NCBI GenBank assembly: GCA_963674745.2
Contig: CAXXDV010000003.1
Location: 320,001-384,000 of the forward strand
Origin: Desulfosudaceae bacterium
GTDB taxonomy: Bacteria > Desulfobacterota > Desulfobacteria > Desulfobacterales > Desulfosudaceae
DNA: 64,000 nt
Direction: 5' to 3'
Part shown: positions 39,359-47,961 of the stretch, piece by piece
Position numbering within the stretch: position 1 is the stretch's first letter
Layout of the letters: every line of letters starts with the position of its first letter
Notes under the pieces: generated by a model
Seen by the model: only the letters and a program-made list of their open reading frames with translations
The model's database searches: none
Told to the model about the DNA's origin: nothing
Made by a program: the position numbers and the translations under genes

Positions 39359-40726
39359 ATGACGCCTGTTTACGCATTAACATATATGATGTTGATTGTC
39401 TTTTTCGGCTACGTCCTGCTGGCTTTTATCTTCAAGGGTGAAAGCCTTCCGTTCTCAGAGTGTCTCGGCTTGTCCCTCGCTGTCGGTGCCGGCGCCATGG
39501 GCAGCCTGCTTTTCGGGATATCCCTGTGCGGCTTTTCGCCTTCGAGAATGGTGTTTTTATTGATTATCATACTTGTTGGCTGCCTTTACTTGATCGGGGC
39601 AAAATATCAATGGCTGGTGAAAATACAGCCTGTGGATTCAAAAGGCGATGTGGTTAATCTTGCCAACGTGATGGTGTTCTGCTCCTTTTCCCTTTTGATG
39701 GCCGGCATCGCCATCCACGCTCTCGGGTTTCCGTTGTATGAATGGGATGCCTTCAGTATATGGGGGCTCAAGGCCAAGGTGTTGTTCTATGAAAGCCTGG
39801 CCCATAAACCGGATTATTTTTATGACCTTTCTTTAAGTTTCAGTCACCTGGACTACCCCCTGGGTGTTCCCTTTCTTATTTCAGGTTTTTACGGGTTACT
39901 GGGCGAGGTAAATGATACCTGGGCAAAAATCATATTCCCGTTTTATTACCTGTCGCTGGCCCTGATTTTATACAATGGCTTTCAATGGAAACTTGATAAA
40001 CTCAAGGCGGCCTGTCTGGTATTGATCACACTGGGTGCCGGGGGCTTTGTCCGGTGGGCGGGTGCCGGTACGGCTGACCTGGCCCTGACGGTATTCTACG
40101 GGTGTGGTGTCTGTTATCTGTTAAGATACCTGGACGATCAAAAGCGCTGCCACCTGATTCTGACCGTCCTGTTTGCATATTTTTGCACTTTTACCAAAAA
40201 CGAAGGTATGGTGTTAGGCTGTTTCATCGTTTTGGTGATGTTCCTGTTTAATCTCCTTAACAGGGAAAAATCAGACTGGAAACAATTCATCGCCTGTACC
40301 GGTGTGTTTCTGGGCCTCCTCCTGCTCTGGTTGTATTGGCGTCGTGATCTGCCGCGAACCAGTGAAGATTACGCGCAACTTGCAGGGATCAAGCTTTTGC
40401 TGAATAATTTTTACCGGCTTAAAATTATATTACCCGCGTTTATCGAGCAATTGTATGCTTTCAAGCTCTGGGGCGGGATATGGGTGCTCCTGGCAGTATT
40501 CGCAATTCTTGGCAGAAAGGCCTTCAAACATCGATATGTGAAAGCCGCCTGGCTTTTGCTGGTGCTGCATGCAGGGCTCTATATGTTTGTTTTTATCATT
40601 ACCCCCTGGGATGTCCGGGAACTGCTTGACGTTTCACTGGACAGATTGATACTGCATTTCATACCCGTCACCGGCTTGCTTATCGGCCTTCACTGGGCAC
40701 GGATATCGTCTGACAGCTCAGGCTAA
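39359..40726 (+). CDS. Multi-pass membrane protein, GT-C (PMT/ArnT-like) glycosyltransferase-like
   Basis: WDAFSIWGLKAK, HLDYP, ADL and TKNEG motifs; more than 10 TM segments. Confidence 0.7.
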   Translation: MTPVYALTYMMLIVFFGYVLLAFIFKGESLPFSECLGLSLAVGAGAMGSLLFGISLCGFSPSRMVFLLIIILVGCLYLIGAKYQWLVKIQPVDSKGDVVNLANVMVFCSFSLLMAGIAIHALGFPLYEWDAFSIWGLKAKVLFYESLAHKPDYFYDLSLSFSHLDYPLGVPFLISGFYGLLGEVNDTWAKIIFPFYYLSLALILYNGFQWKLDKLKAACLVLITLGAGGFVRWAGAGTADLALTVFYGCGVCYLLRYLDDQKRCHLILTVLFAYFCTFTKNEGMVLGCFIVLVMFLFNLLNREKSDWKQFIACTGVFLGLLLLWLYWRRDLPRTSEDYAQLAGIKLLLNNFYRLKIILPAFIEQLYAFKLWGGIWVLLAVFAILGRKAFKHRYVKAAWLLLVLHAGLYMFVFIITPWDVRELLDVSLDRLILHFIPVTGLLIGLHWARISSDSSG

Positions 40727-40758
40727 AAAAATACGCGAATTGGTGACGAATATATCAG

Positions 40759-41472
40759 TCAGGCTTCAAGCCGGCCGGCCTCGATGCGTTGGGCGTCTTC
40801 GGTTTCCATTATTTGAAGAATACGGGCATAAAGCATGGATTTCATAACGCCGACGATTTTTCGGCTTTTGCTGTGGGCCTTGCCCCAGGCGATGGCCTGG
40901 TCGGTCAGTTCGTCGATGTTATAGGCACCCAGCATAATCCCGGAGGCAACGCCCTGTTCCGCCGTCATCCGCTTGGCGGTCAACGACATCTCCCGGAAGT
41001 CCAGCGGTGGAATGATGTCCCGCAACAGGGCCACCATGCCCGGCAGAAAGGGCATGCCCAGATCGACCTCCGGAAAAAAGAAATATCCCCGGCCGGTTCG
41101 CATAAAGCGGAAATCAAAAGCGCAGGCGGCAATGGCCCCGCCGGCCGCCGCGTGGCCGGTAATGGCCGCCACCGTCAGCAGGGGCGACGTCATTAACCGG
41201 CGTAGAAATTCATTTAATTGATGGAAAAAGGCCTTGTAAACAGTTTCTTCGCCCGCTTCCATGGTCGGCAAAAGCCAGGCCAGGTCCAAACCGTTGGACC
41301 AGATTTTTTCGTGGGCCGATTCAACCACCAGTACCGTGGCTTCAGTCCTGGCTTCAATTTCATCCATGGCCGTGAGGATGGCGGTTAAGAAATCAGGGTT
41401 AAACCGGTTTTCGCCATTGTGCCAGGTCATCACAGCCACGTTCTCATCAAGACGATAATCTAACAGTGCCAT
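40759..41472 (-). CDS. Enoyl-CoA hydratase/isomerase family protein
   Basis: WSNGLDL, AAITGHAAAGG, FPEVDLG. Confidence 0.9.
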   Translation of the reverse strand: MALLDYRLDENVAVMTWHNGENRFNPDFLTAILTAMDEIEARTEATVLVVESAHEKIWSNGLDLAWLLPTMEAGEETVYKAFFHQLNEFLRRLMTSPLLTVAAITGHAAAGGAIAACAFDFRFMRTGRGYFFFPEVDLGMPFLPGMVALLRDIIPPLDFREMSLTAKRMTAEQGVASGIMLGAYNIDELTDQAIAWGKAHSKSRKIVGVMKSMLYARILQIMETEDAQRIEAGRLEA

Positions 41473-41530
41473 TTTTATTCTCCTTGTTTGTCGGGCCGGA
41501 TTTGCCCAATCCGGCCGATGCTTCGAATAG

Positions 41531-42841
41531 TTACAGCAACCCGTAATGTTTTGCCTCTCCGGTCAGTTGGTCTCTGAAATCCGGATGGGCGATGGCAATC
41601 ATGGCCTTGACCCGCTGGGAGGTGGTCTTCTGCCATAAGTCGGCAATACCGTGCTCCGTGACCACGTACATGACATCGGCTCTGACAGTAGTGACGGCCG
41701 TTCCGGGAAGAAAGCTGGAGGTGATTCGGGAATGCAGGTTGCCGTCTTTAGTGGAATAGGTCGATTTGAGTGCGATAAACGATTTGCCGCCATGGGACTG
41801 GGTGGCGCCCCGGACAAAATCGGCCTGCCCGCCGGTACCACTGTACATGCTGAAACCGATTGATTCCGAGGCGATCTGTCCGGTCAGGTCGACCGACAGG
41901 GCATTATTAATAGAGATGAAGTTGTCGTTGCGTTCAATGTGCCGCCGGTTGTTGACATAGTAAATCGGGCAGAAACACATCATGGGATTATGATCGACAT
42001 AGTCGTAGGTCGCCTGTGACCCGATGCAGATCCCGCCAATCACCATTTTGCCGTGATGAAAGTTTTTGGCCCTGTTGGTAATCACCCCGCGCTGGGCCAG
42101 ATCAACCATCGAGTCGGTCAGCATTTCGGTGTGTACGCCCAGATCTTTCTTATTATCCAGAAAGTGGCCGACCGCGTTGGCTACGCCGCCAAGACCGATC
42201 TGGATGGTGGCACGGTCCGGGACCCGTTCGGCAATCAGCGCGCCGATGGTTTTTTCATCCTCTCCAATGGGAATTTCCGGGATATTCGGCAGGACATGGC
42301 TGTCTTCCACGATGTAATCCACATCGTTGACATGAATCATGTTTTCAAATCCATGCACGTAGGGGGTATGCTCATTGACCTGGACGACGATTTTTTTGGA
42401 TACATCACGCATCAGGCTGTTGTGATACACGCCCGTTGGCCCGAAACTCATGAACCCTTTATCGTCAGGAGGAGATACCTCCATCAGGAATACGTCCACA
42501 TCGATTACACCCAGGCAGGCTTTGTCGGCATTTGAAAAATGAAAGGAAAAGTTTTCGACGTTGCCTTCGGCGGCAAACATGCGCTCTACCGGACCATAAA
42601 AAATGGTCACGTAGTTGATGTGCCCGCGGTATTCTTTTTTTAGGAACTCAAACGGGTACATCAACAACCCTGACCAGAGCGTAACGTTTTCCAGCTCCTG
42701 GTACCGGGCGCAAAGCGTGTTAATTAACGCCGGCGGAGCGCTGTTGGCGCCGGACATCATCACGTCATCGCCTGATTTGACAATAGACACAGCTTCTTCG
42801 GCGGTTACCAGTTTTTCTTTATACGCTTGTCTCCAATCCAT
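41531..42841 (-). CDS. Acetyl-CoA hydrolase/4-hydroxybutyrate CoA-transferase family protein
   Basis: QIGLGG, DLGVHTEM, VDLTGQ, SGTGGQADF, VVTEHGIA. Confidence 0.92.
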   Translation of the reverse strand: MDWRQAYKEKLVTAEEAVSIVKSGDDVMMSGANSAPPALINTLCARYQELENVTLWSGLLMYPFEFLKKEYRGHINYVTIFYGPVERMFAAEGNVENFSFHFSNADKACLGVIDVDVFLMEVSPPDDKGFMSFGPTGVYHNSLMRDVSKKIVVQVNEHTPYVHGFENMIHVNDVDYIVEDSHVLPNIPEIPIGEDEKTIGALIAERVPDRATIQIGLGGVANAVGHFLDNKKDLGVHTEMLTDSMVDLAQRGVITNRAKNFHHGKMVIGGICIGSQATYDYVDHNPMMCFCPIYYVNNRRHIERNDNFISINNALSVDLTGQIASESIGFSMYSGTGGQADFVRGATQSHGGKSFIALKSTYSTKDGNLHSRITSSFLPGTAVTTVRADVMYVVTEHGIADLWQKTTSQRVKAMIAIAHPDFRDQLTGEAKHYGLL

Positions 42842-42955
42842 AATGCTCACCTCATGCTTTAAAATTTCTGTTAACCCGGATACCTCGCGGGTTGGTTTGA
42901 ACCCGAATTCCCGGCCCCTTCTGCAAGGCACAGAACATGCTGATAAGCATTCATG

Positions 42956-42970
42956 GCAAAAGACGTGCCA
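42956..42970 (-). promoter_or_regulatory. Sigma54 (-24/-12) promoter
   Basis: TGGCAC-GTCTT-TTGC on minus strand, about 115 bp upstream of the CoA-transferase start. Confidence 0.8.
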
Positions 42971-43133
42971 GCCTTTCGTAAAAATATAATATCAATAATT
43001 ACGGTTGGTTATGGGGATTGCGCTCCGGGGCAAAAAAATGGAAAGGCCGGTGGGCTGTAAGCATCCTTGACGGGTTGTCAAAAAATATACCACAGACTGT
43101 TGCTTGCCGGGTCCGGCCGGCTGCGTTTTTTTC

Positions 43134-43180
43134 TTGACAGAAGATGGCTGCCGGGTAAATAATTAACTAACTGGTTAGTT
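43134..43180 (+). promoter_or_regulatory. Sigma70 promoter and TetR-type operator
   Basis: TTGACA at 43134, AT-rich -10 region, then palindrome AACTAAC-TG-GTTAGTT at 43165-43180. Confidence 0.65.
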
Positions 43181-43206
43181 GTTAATGTCCACGTATTGGA
43201 GTCACA

Positions 43207-43866
43207 ATGGCAAAGGCTGCAAAAAAGGAAGACAAAACAAAAACGCGTGATCTGGAAAAAACCCGTCGGCTCATACTGGATGCCGCTGCAGACGAATTTT
43301 CAGAATTCGGTTTTCCCGGCGCCCGGGTGGACCGGATCAGTCAGCGGGCCGGCTGCAACAAGGCCATGATCTATTATATTTACAAAGACAAGCAGGAGCT
43401 GCACCTGGCTGTCCTGGAAAACCTGTTCGAAGAAAAAGTACACGAAGTCAAAACCCATCTGGACAAAGACAAAAGCGGCCTGGAAGATCTTTTCCCCATG
43501 CTGCAGGGATATTTAAAGATATTCATTGAAAAATCAGCCTATGCCAGAATCATTCTCTACGATATCGCCACCGGTGCCGGGACCCTGCGCGAACTGAAAA
43601 AGCGCCGGCCGGACCTTTTTGCCGAACTGGATGTCATTGCCGCCATGTTCGAAGACATGGGAGAATCGGGCGTGATCCGTAAAACAGATCCCGACAAAAC
43701 CGTCACCATGATTGTGCTGCTGGTGATCGGCATGGCCAATGTACTGCCGCACATGGACTTGATCGCGCCTAAAAACACGGCCCGATATAAATCACTGTCC
43801 GACCAGAAAAAGTGGCAGGCCTATCTGTCGGAGATCATGGGACGGATTTTGACGCCCGATGATTAA
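43207..43866 (+). CDS. TetR/AcrR family regulator
   Basis: ILDAA..EF...GF.GARVDRI...AGCNKAMIYY helix-turn-helix. Confidence 0.93.
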   Translation: MAKAAKKEDKTKTRDLEKTRRLILDAAADEFSEFGFPGARVDRISQRAGCNKAMIYYIYKDKQELHLAVLENLFEEKVHEVKTHLDKDKSGLEDLFPMLQGYLKIFIEKSAYARIILYDIATGAGTLRELKKRRPDLFAELDVIAAMFEDMGESGVIRKTDPDKTVTMIVLLVIGMANVLPHMDLIAPKNTARYKSLSDQKKWQAYLSEIMGRILTPDD

Positions 43867-43950
43867 GGCGTTTTGATTGCATCAAATATGGATAACACGT
43901 TTGTTTTGTTTCAGGCCGTTCGAGAATGATGTGGGCCGTTCGAAAATGTT

Positions 43951-44009
43951 GTAGGGGCGGCCCCCTGTGGCCGCCCGACAAAAGGGCACCCACAGGGGGG
44001 TGCCCCTAC
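43951..44009. repeat. GTAG-family REP doublet
   Basis: GTAGGGGCGGCCCCCTGTGGCCGCCC ... GGGCACCCACAGGGGGGTGCCCCTAC. Confidence 0.8.
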
Positions 44010-44094
44010 GTCAGCATGCGTTAAGAACCCGGACCAGATCAACCCGTGAAAGATTCGGCATAAGACAGAAAAATCGTAATGGAGGATGGGAACC

Positions 44095-45348
44095 ATGAAC
44101 AACGACAATATTTTATTCGAACCCCTGACTTTGGGCAAACTGACCCTTTCCGGCCGGGTCTGCAAAACCGCCACGTCAGAAACCCGGGCCTCCGAGGACG
44201 GGTTCGTCACCGATGAACTGCTCGAATTTTACGAGCCCATCGCCAAAGCCGGAACACCCCTGATCATTACCGGTAACCTCTATGTAACCGACGAAGGCAA
44301 ATCCACCTACCGCATGTGCGGAGTTGACGCGCCGGACAAGATCCCGGGATTGAAACGATGGGCGGATCTGGCCCATGAGCATGGTTCCCTGCTGTTCGGC
44401 CAGATCAACCATTGCGGCCGCCAGGTGTTTGCCCGGGCCATGGGGCTGGATTCAGCGGTTTCCGCCTCGAATGTAACCGAAAAGGTCATGGGCACCAAAC
44501 CCCGCCCCCTGACCGGGGATGAAATCAAGGAGACAATCAAACGGTTTGCCGACTCCGCCCAATACTGCATGGAAGCCGGTTTTGACGGAGTCCAGATCCA
44601 TGCCGGCCACGGTTACCTGATCAACCAGTTTCTTTCGCCCTACACCAATCGCCGCAAAGACGATTACGGCGGCAGTTTTGACAAATGTATGCGCTTTTTA
44701 CTGGAGGTCTACCGGGCCATACGCGAACGCGTGGGCGATGATTATCCCCTGATCGTCAAGATCGGCGGTGCCGACGCACTGACCGGCAGGGCCGGCCTGA
44801 AAACATCCGAACTGGTCGAAGTGGCCCGGGTTCTTCAGGAAGAAGGGCTGGACGGGGTCGAGATTACGGTCGGTCACTATGAATCCGGGTTCCCCATGAT
44901 CCGGGGCACATTCGGTGATTTCTTCAAAGGGCTCATGAAAGAGGGCATCGGTTTTCAGATGACCCCATTCAGAAAAGCGGGCGTGACCCTGTTCCGGCAT
45001 CCCATATCATGGATGTTTAATGTGATCTGGCCCCATTACGAAGGTTTCAACACCCACTATTCCCTGGCATTCAAGAAAAAACTGTCCATTCCCGTCATCT
45101 GCGTGGGCGGTTTTCTGACCCGTCAGGCTGCCACCGACGCCATTAACAGCGGGCTCTGCGACGCCGTTTCCGTGGGCCGGGCCATGATCGCCGATCCCTA
45201 TCTGTACAAGCATTTTAAAGAAGGCATCACCGGCCCGGAATGCACCTTCTGCAACGGCTGTATTGCCCGGGCCGGCCGCCTGCCGGTGGATTGTTATGAC
45301 ATGGAGGTTAAAGAAGCCCAGAAAAAAATGCTGGCGATGGCTTCATAA
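44095..45348 (+). CDS. NADH:flavin oxidoreductase (old yellow enzyme family)
   Basis: QINHCGRQ, AGFDGVQIHAGHGYLINQFLSP..NRR.D.YGGS; C-terminal CxxCxxC. Confidence 0.93.
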   Translation: MNNDNILFEPLTLGKLTLSGRVCKTATSETRASEDGFVTDELLEFYEPIAKAGTPLIITGNLYVTDEGKSTYRMCGVDAPDKIPGLKRWADLAHEHGSLLFGQINHCGRQVFARAMGLDSAVSASNVTEKVMGTKPRPLTGDEIKETIKRFADSAQYCMEAGFDGVQIHAGHGYLINQFLSPYTNRRKDDYGGSFDKCMRFLLEVYRAIRERVGDDYPLIVKIGGADALTGRAGLKTSELVEVARVLQEEGLDGVEITVGHYESGFPMIRGTFGDFFKGLMKEGIGFQMTPFRKAGVTLFRHPISWMFNVIWPHYEGFNTHYSLAFKKKLSIPVICVGGFLTRQAATDAINSGLCDAVSVGRAMIADPYLYKHFKEGITGPECTFCNGCIARAGRLPVDCYDMEVKEAQKKMLAMAS

Positions 45349-45350
45349 AT

Positions 45351-45430
45351 GTAGGGGCGACCCGCCGGTCGCCCGAATCACTGGTGCCACAATCAACCTC
45401 GTCATCCTCTGGCTTGACCAGGGGATCCAG
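45351..45430. repeat. GTAG-type and CGTC-type REP-like hairpins
   Basis: GTAGGGGCGACCCGCCGGTCGCCC at 45351-45374; CGTCATCCTCTGGCTTGACCAGGGGATCCAG at 45400-45430. Confidence 0.65.
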
Positions 45431-45465
45431 AAAAAATAAGATTATTCATTTTATGAGATAAAAAA

Positions 45466-46851
45466 ATGACCCAACCCGCAACCGATAACATCGTCGTCGC
45501 CAACACCGACCACGAACAAAGCCCGTATCAACTGCTCGAACAAACCCTAAACGAGGCCAACTTCCTCCAATCCGTGGAAAACGCCTGCCAGGCGTCGGGC
45601 AAAAACAAGGCCGATTTTTTGATTGTCATCAAACCCAACATCTCCATGATGCTGCGGCGGGCGGATATCGGCACCTACACCGACACCTTTATGGTCATCC
45701 ACCTTCTCCGGCTGCTGCTGACCGCCGGCTATACCCGCCTGACCGTGGTGGAAAGCGGCAACCTTTACGGCAACTGGTTTAAAAACCGGTCGGTCGTTCA
45801 GGTGGCGGCCCGGGCCGGGTATTTTGAAGAATCCGTTATCGAAGAATATCAGGGGGAGGCGAGCTGGGACATTCATGTCCGGGGCAGCGGGGTGGATGCC
45901 AAGGTACCGCTGATGGATCTGGAACTGGATACCATCAGCCATGATTTTGGTGATGGCGCGGCACCCATCGGCCGGGTCTGGGCCGAGGCGGATTTCCGCA
46001 TCGGCATTTCAGGCTTAAAATCCCACTTTTATTCCTATTACACGGCCGCCATCAAAAACATTTACGGCTGCCTGCCCGAGCAGGACAAGGTCACGGCCTA
46101 TCACTGCAAAAGAAAGGTCGGGCCCTGGACGGCCCGGCTGATTGCGGATTTTCCGGTTCATTACTCTATCGTGACGGCCTACTCGGCGGCCGACGGCTGG
46201 ATGGGCGTGAAAATGAAGGCCATCTTTGTCAAGCCCCACACCGTTGTTGCCGGTGCCGATATCCAGGCCGTGGACAGCGTGTGTGCCGGTTTGATCAACC
46301 TGCCCCCGGAAAAGAGCATCATGTACCGCTGCCTGGCAGAACTCAATCCCCCCAGACCTTATCAGTTAAAAGGAAACGCCCAAACGCCCGATCCCTGGCG
46401 CAATGTGCCCACAATCCTGCCCCTGTTCTCCTGGCTCATCGAAGCCAACGCCAACCTCATGGATTTCGGCGGCTCCATTGCCACCGGCGGCAATGACGAC
46501 TGCTTTCCCGTCAAACAGTCCAGCCGGGGCTTTTTAAAAACCCCCCTGTATTATGCCTCTTTTCCGGTCTCGTTTTTCTGCGATATCGGCATTGTTAAGC
46601 TGAATTTCAGACGCCGGCAGTTCCAACGCGGCCTGCTACAAACAGGCGCCAAAACCCCCTTTATCATGAAGCACGCTTATATCACCGAGCGGCTGGAACT
46701 GTTTTCCCATGATGACCTGCAAGTACTGGCCGATCTGGCCCATCGCAACCCTCAGGATAAAACTACCTGTTCCGGTCACTATGTTTTCATAGATAAACAG
46801 CAGATCGATTTCCCCGGCCGTTTCTTCGTGGCCATCCTGGCCGCCGTGTAG
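45466..46851 (+). CDS. DUF362 domain protein (frame continues to 46983 past a TAG)
   Basis: VIKPN, LKSH..YTAAIKN.YG and D..AVD motifs typical of DUF362. Confidence 0.75.
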   Translation: MTQPATDNIVVANTDHEQSPYQLLEQTLNEANFLQSVENACQASGKNKADFLIVIKPNISMMLRRADIGTYTDTFMVIHLLRLLLTAGYTRLTVVESGNLYGNWFKNRSVVQVAARAGYFEESVIEEYQGEASWDIHVRGSGVDAKVPLMDLELDTISHDFGDGAAPIGRVWAEADFRIGISGLKSHFYSYYTAAIKNIYGCLPEQDKVTAYHCKRKVGPWTARLIADFPVHYSIVTAYSAADGWMGVKMKAIFVKPHTVVAGADIQAVDSVCAGLINLPPEKSIMYRCLAELNPPRPYQLKGNAQTPDPWRNVPTILPLFSWLIEANANLMDFGGSIATGGNDDCFPVKQSSRGFLKTPLYYASFPVSFFCDIGIVKLNFRRRQFQRGLLQTGAKTPFIMKHAYITERLELFSHDDLQVLADLAHRNPQDKTTCSGHYVFIDKQQIDFPGRFFVAILAAV

Positions 46852-47034
46852 ATATTAAATTATGTCCGGAACAACTGCGGCAACAACGGATTCTCGGAGT
46901 TGGCCGATGAATTATCCCTGCTGCCGGAACGCCAACCCCGCCTCTTTAATCCCGACCAGCCTTATCCCTTCTGCTACCGGTAAAAATTCGGCTAACCCGG
47001 ATTTTATTCCGCAAGGCGCAGGTTGCATGGTAAT

Positions 47035-47150
47035 GTAGGGGCACCCTCCCTGTGGGAGCCTATTCAAAATCTAGCGGAAGGCTCTACAACATGCCTTACA
47101 TCCCGTCATTCCGGCCAGTGAAACGGAGCGGAACGTGAGCCGGAATCCAG
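47035..47150. repeat. Degenerate GTAG REP plus CGTC REP
   Basis: GTAGGGGCACCCTCCCTGTGG at 47035; CGTCATTCCGGC...GCCGGAATCCAG at 47104-47150. Confidence 0.6.
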
Positions 47151-47267
47151 GTATAAATTGATATGATTCATTACGATATAAAAAGGCACGGTGTTAAATG
47201 CCTATCGTTGGGGCAAAGCCGCAATGTTGACATCAGTAGCAAAATAAGATAAAAAATTTTCAATATC

Positions 47268-47540
47268 TTTTCCACTTAATTCGCGGGGATGGGGTTTACC
47301 ACCATGAAAATAAATTTAACGCTTAATCCAGTGGCAATAGGTGTGCTCAGTAATACCCTTTCAGCTTTCCATGTTTGCCCCCTTAATATAGTGATTAATG
47401 GAAAAGTAAAAAAATAAATATTGGAAAAACAAACATGGAAAATATGGGGGAATATTTTCCATGTTTGGGGGGTTAATATCATGATTAATGGAAAATTTTC
47501 CACCTATATACTCCAATAACATGGAAAAATTTTCCATTTA
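47268..47540. repeat. AT-rich block of TGGAAAA/TTTTCCA motifs containing a 40-bp direct repeat
   Basis: About 10 motif copies in both orientations; direct repeat at 47366-47405 and 47456-47495. Confidence 0.7.
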
Positions 47541-47578
47541 TTAAACGTTATGCTCTAAAAAATATTCCCAATCATACT

Positions 47579-47809
47579 ATGGAACTTATGGGCACAATAT
47601 TCCAAATTATTCTTGGGCTTTTATGCGGGGTTTTTATAATCGCGTTTTTTGCGAGAAAATTTCACTTTGGACTTGAGTGGTTTGAACACGTCGGAAGGAA
47701 TGATGATAAAGCATTTGAAGCGTGGGGTAAAAGTTTAGATAAGTATAGCTGGACATTACTTTTAGGTGCAGTAGCATGTGCCTTGCTTTATAAATGGCTT
47801 TACATGTAA
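47579..47809 (+). CDS. Gene cassette 1: small two-TM membrane protein
   Basis: Lies between the GTTATGC core site (47547) and attC1; two hydrophobic helices. Confidence 0.7.
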   Translation: MELMGTIFQIILGLLCGVFIIAFFARKFHFGLEWFEHVGRNDDKAFEAWGKSLDKYSWTLLLGAVACALLYKWLYM

Positions 47810-47824
47810 CTAACAGAAATAAAA

Positions 47825-47947
47825 GCATAACAACACCATGCACTTGACTCGCAAGGGCGGGCGGCTTTTACATTATCGAGGTTCGGTGTTAACGTGGCTT
47901 TAGGAAAGTCACAGTTCCTTGCTCCCAAGTGACGGTGGACGTTATGC
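47825..47947 (+). mobile_element. Integron attC site 1
   Basis: GCATAAC ... GTTATGC; inner arms CACCATGCACTTG / CAAGTGACGGTG with an extra base. Confidence 0.85.
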
Positions 47948-47961
47948 TTTATGAGGTAATA

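Noticed and set aside
47268..47540. CRISPR array
   Set aside because: Repeats are short, in mixed orientation and irregularly spaced; no cas genes in the window
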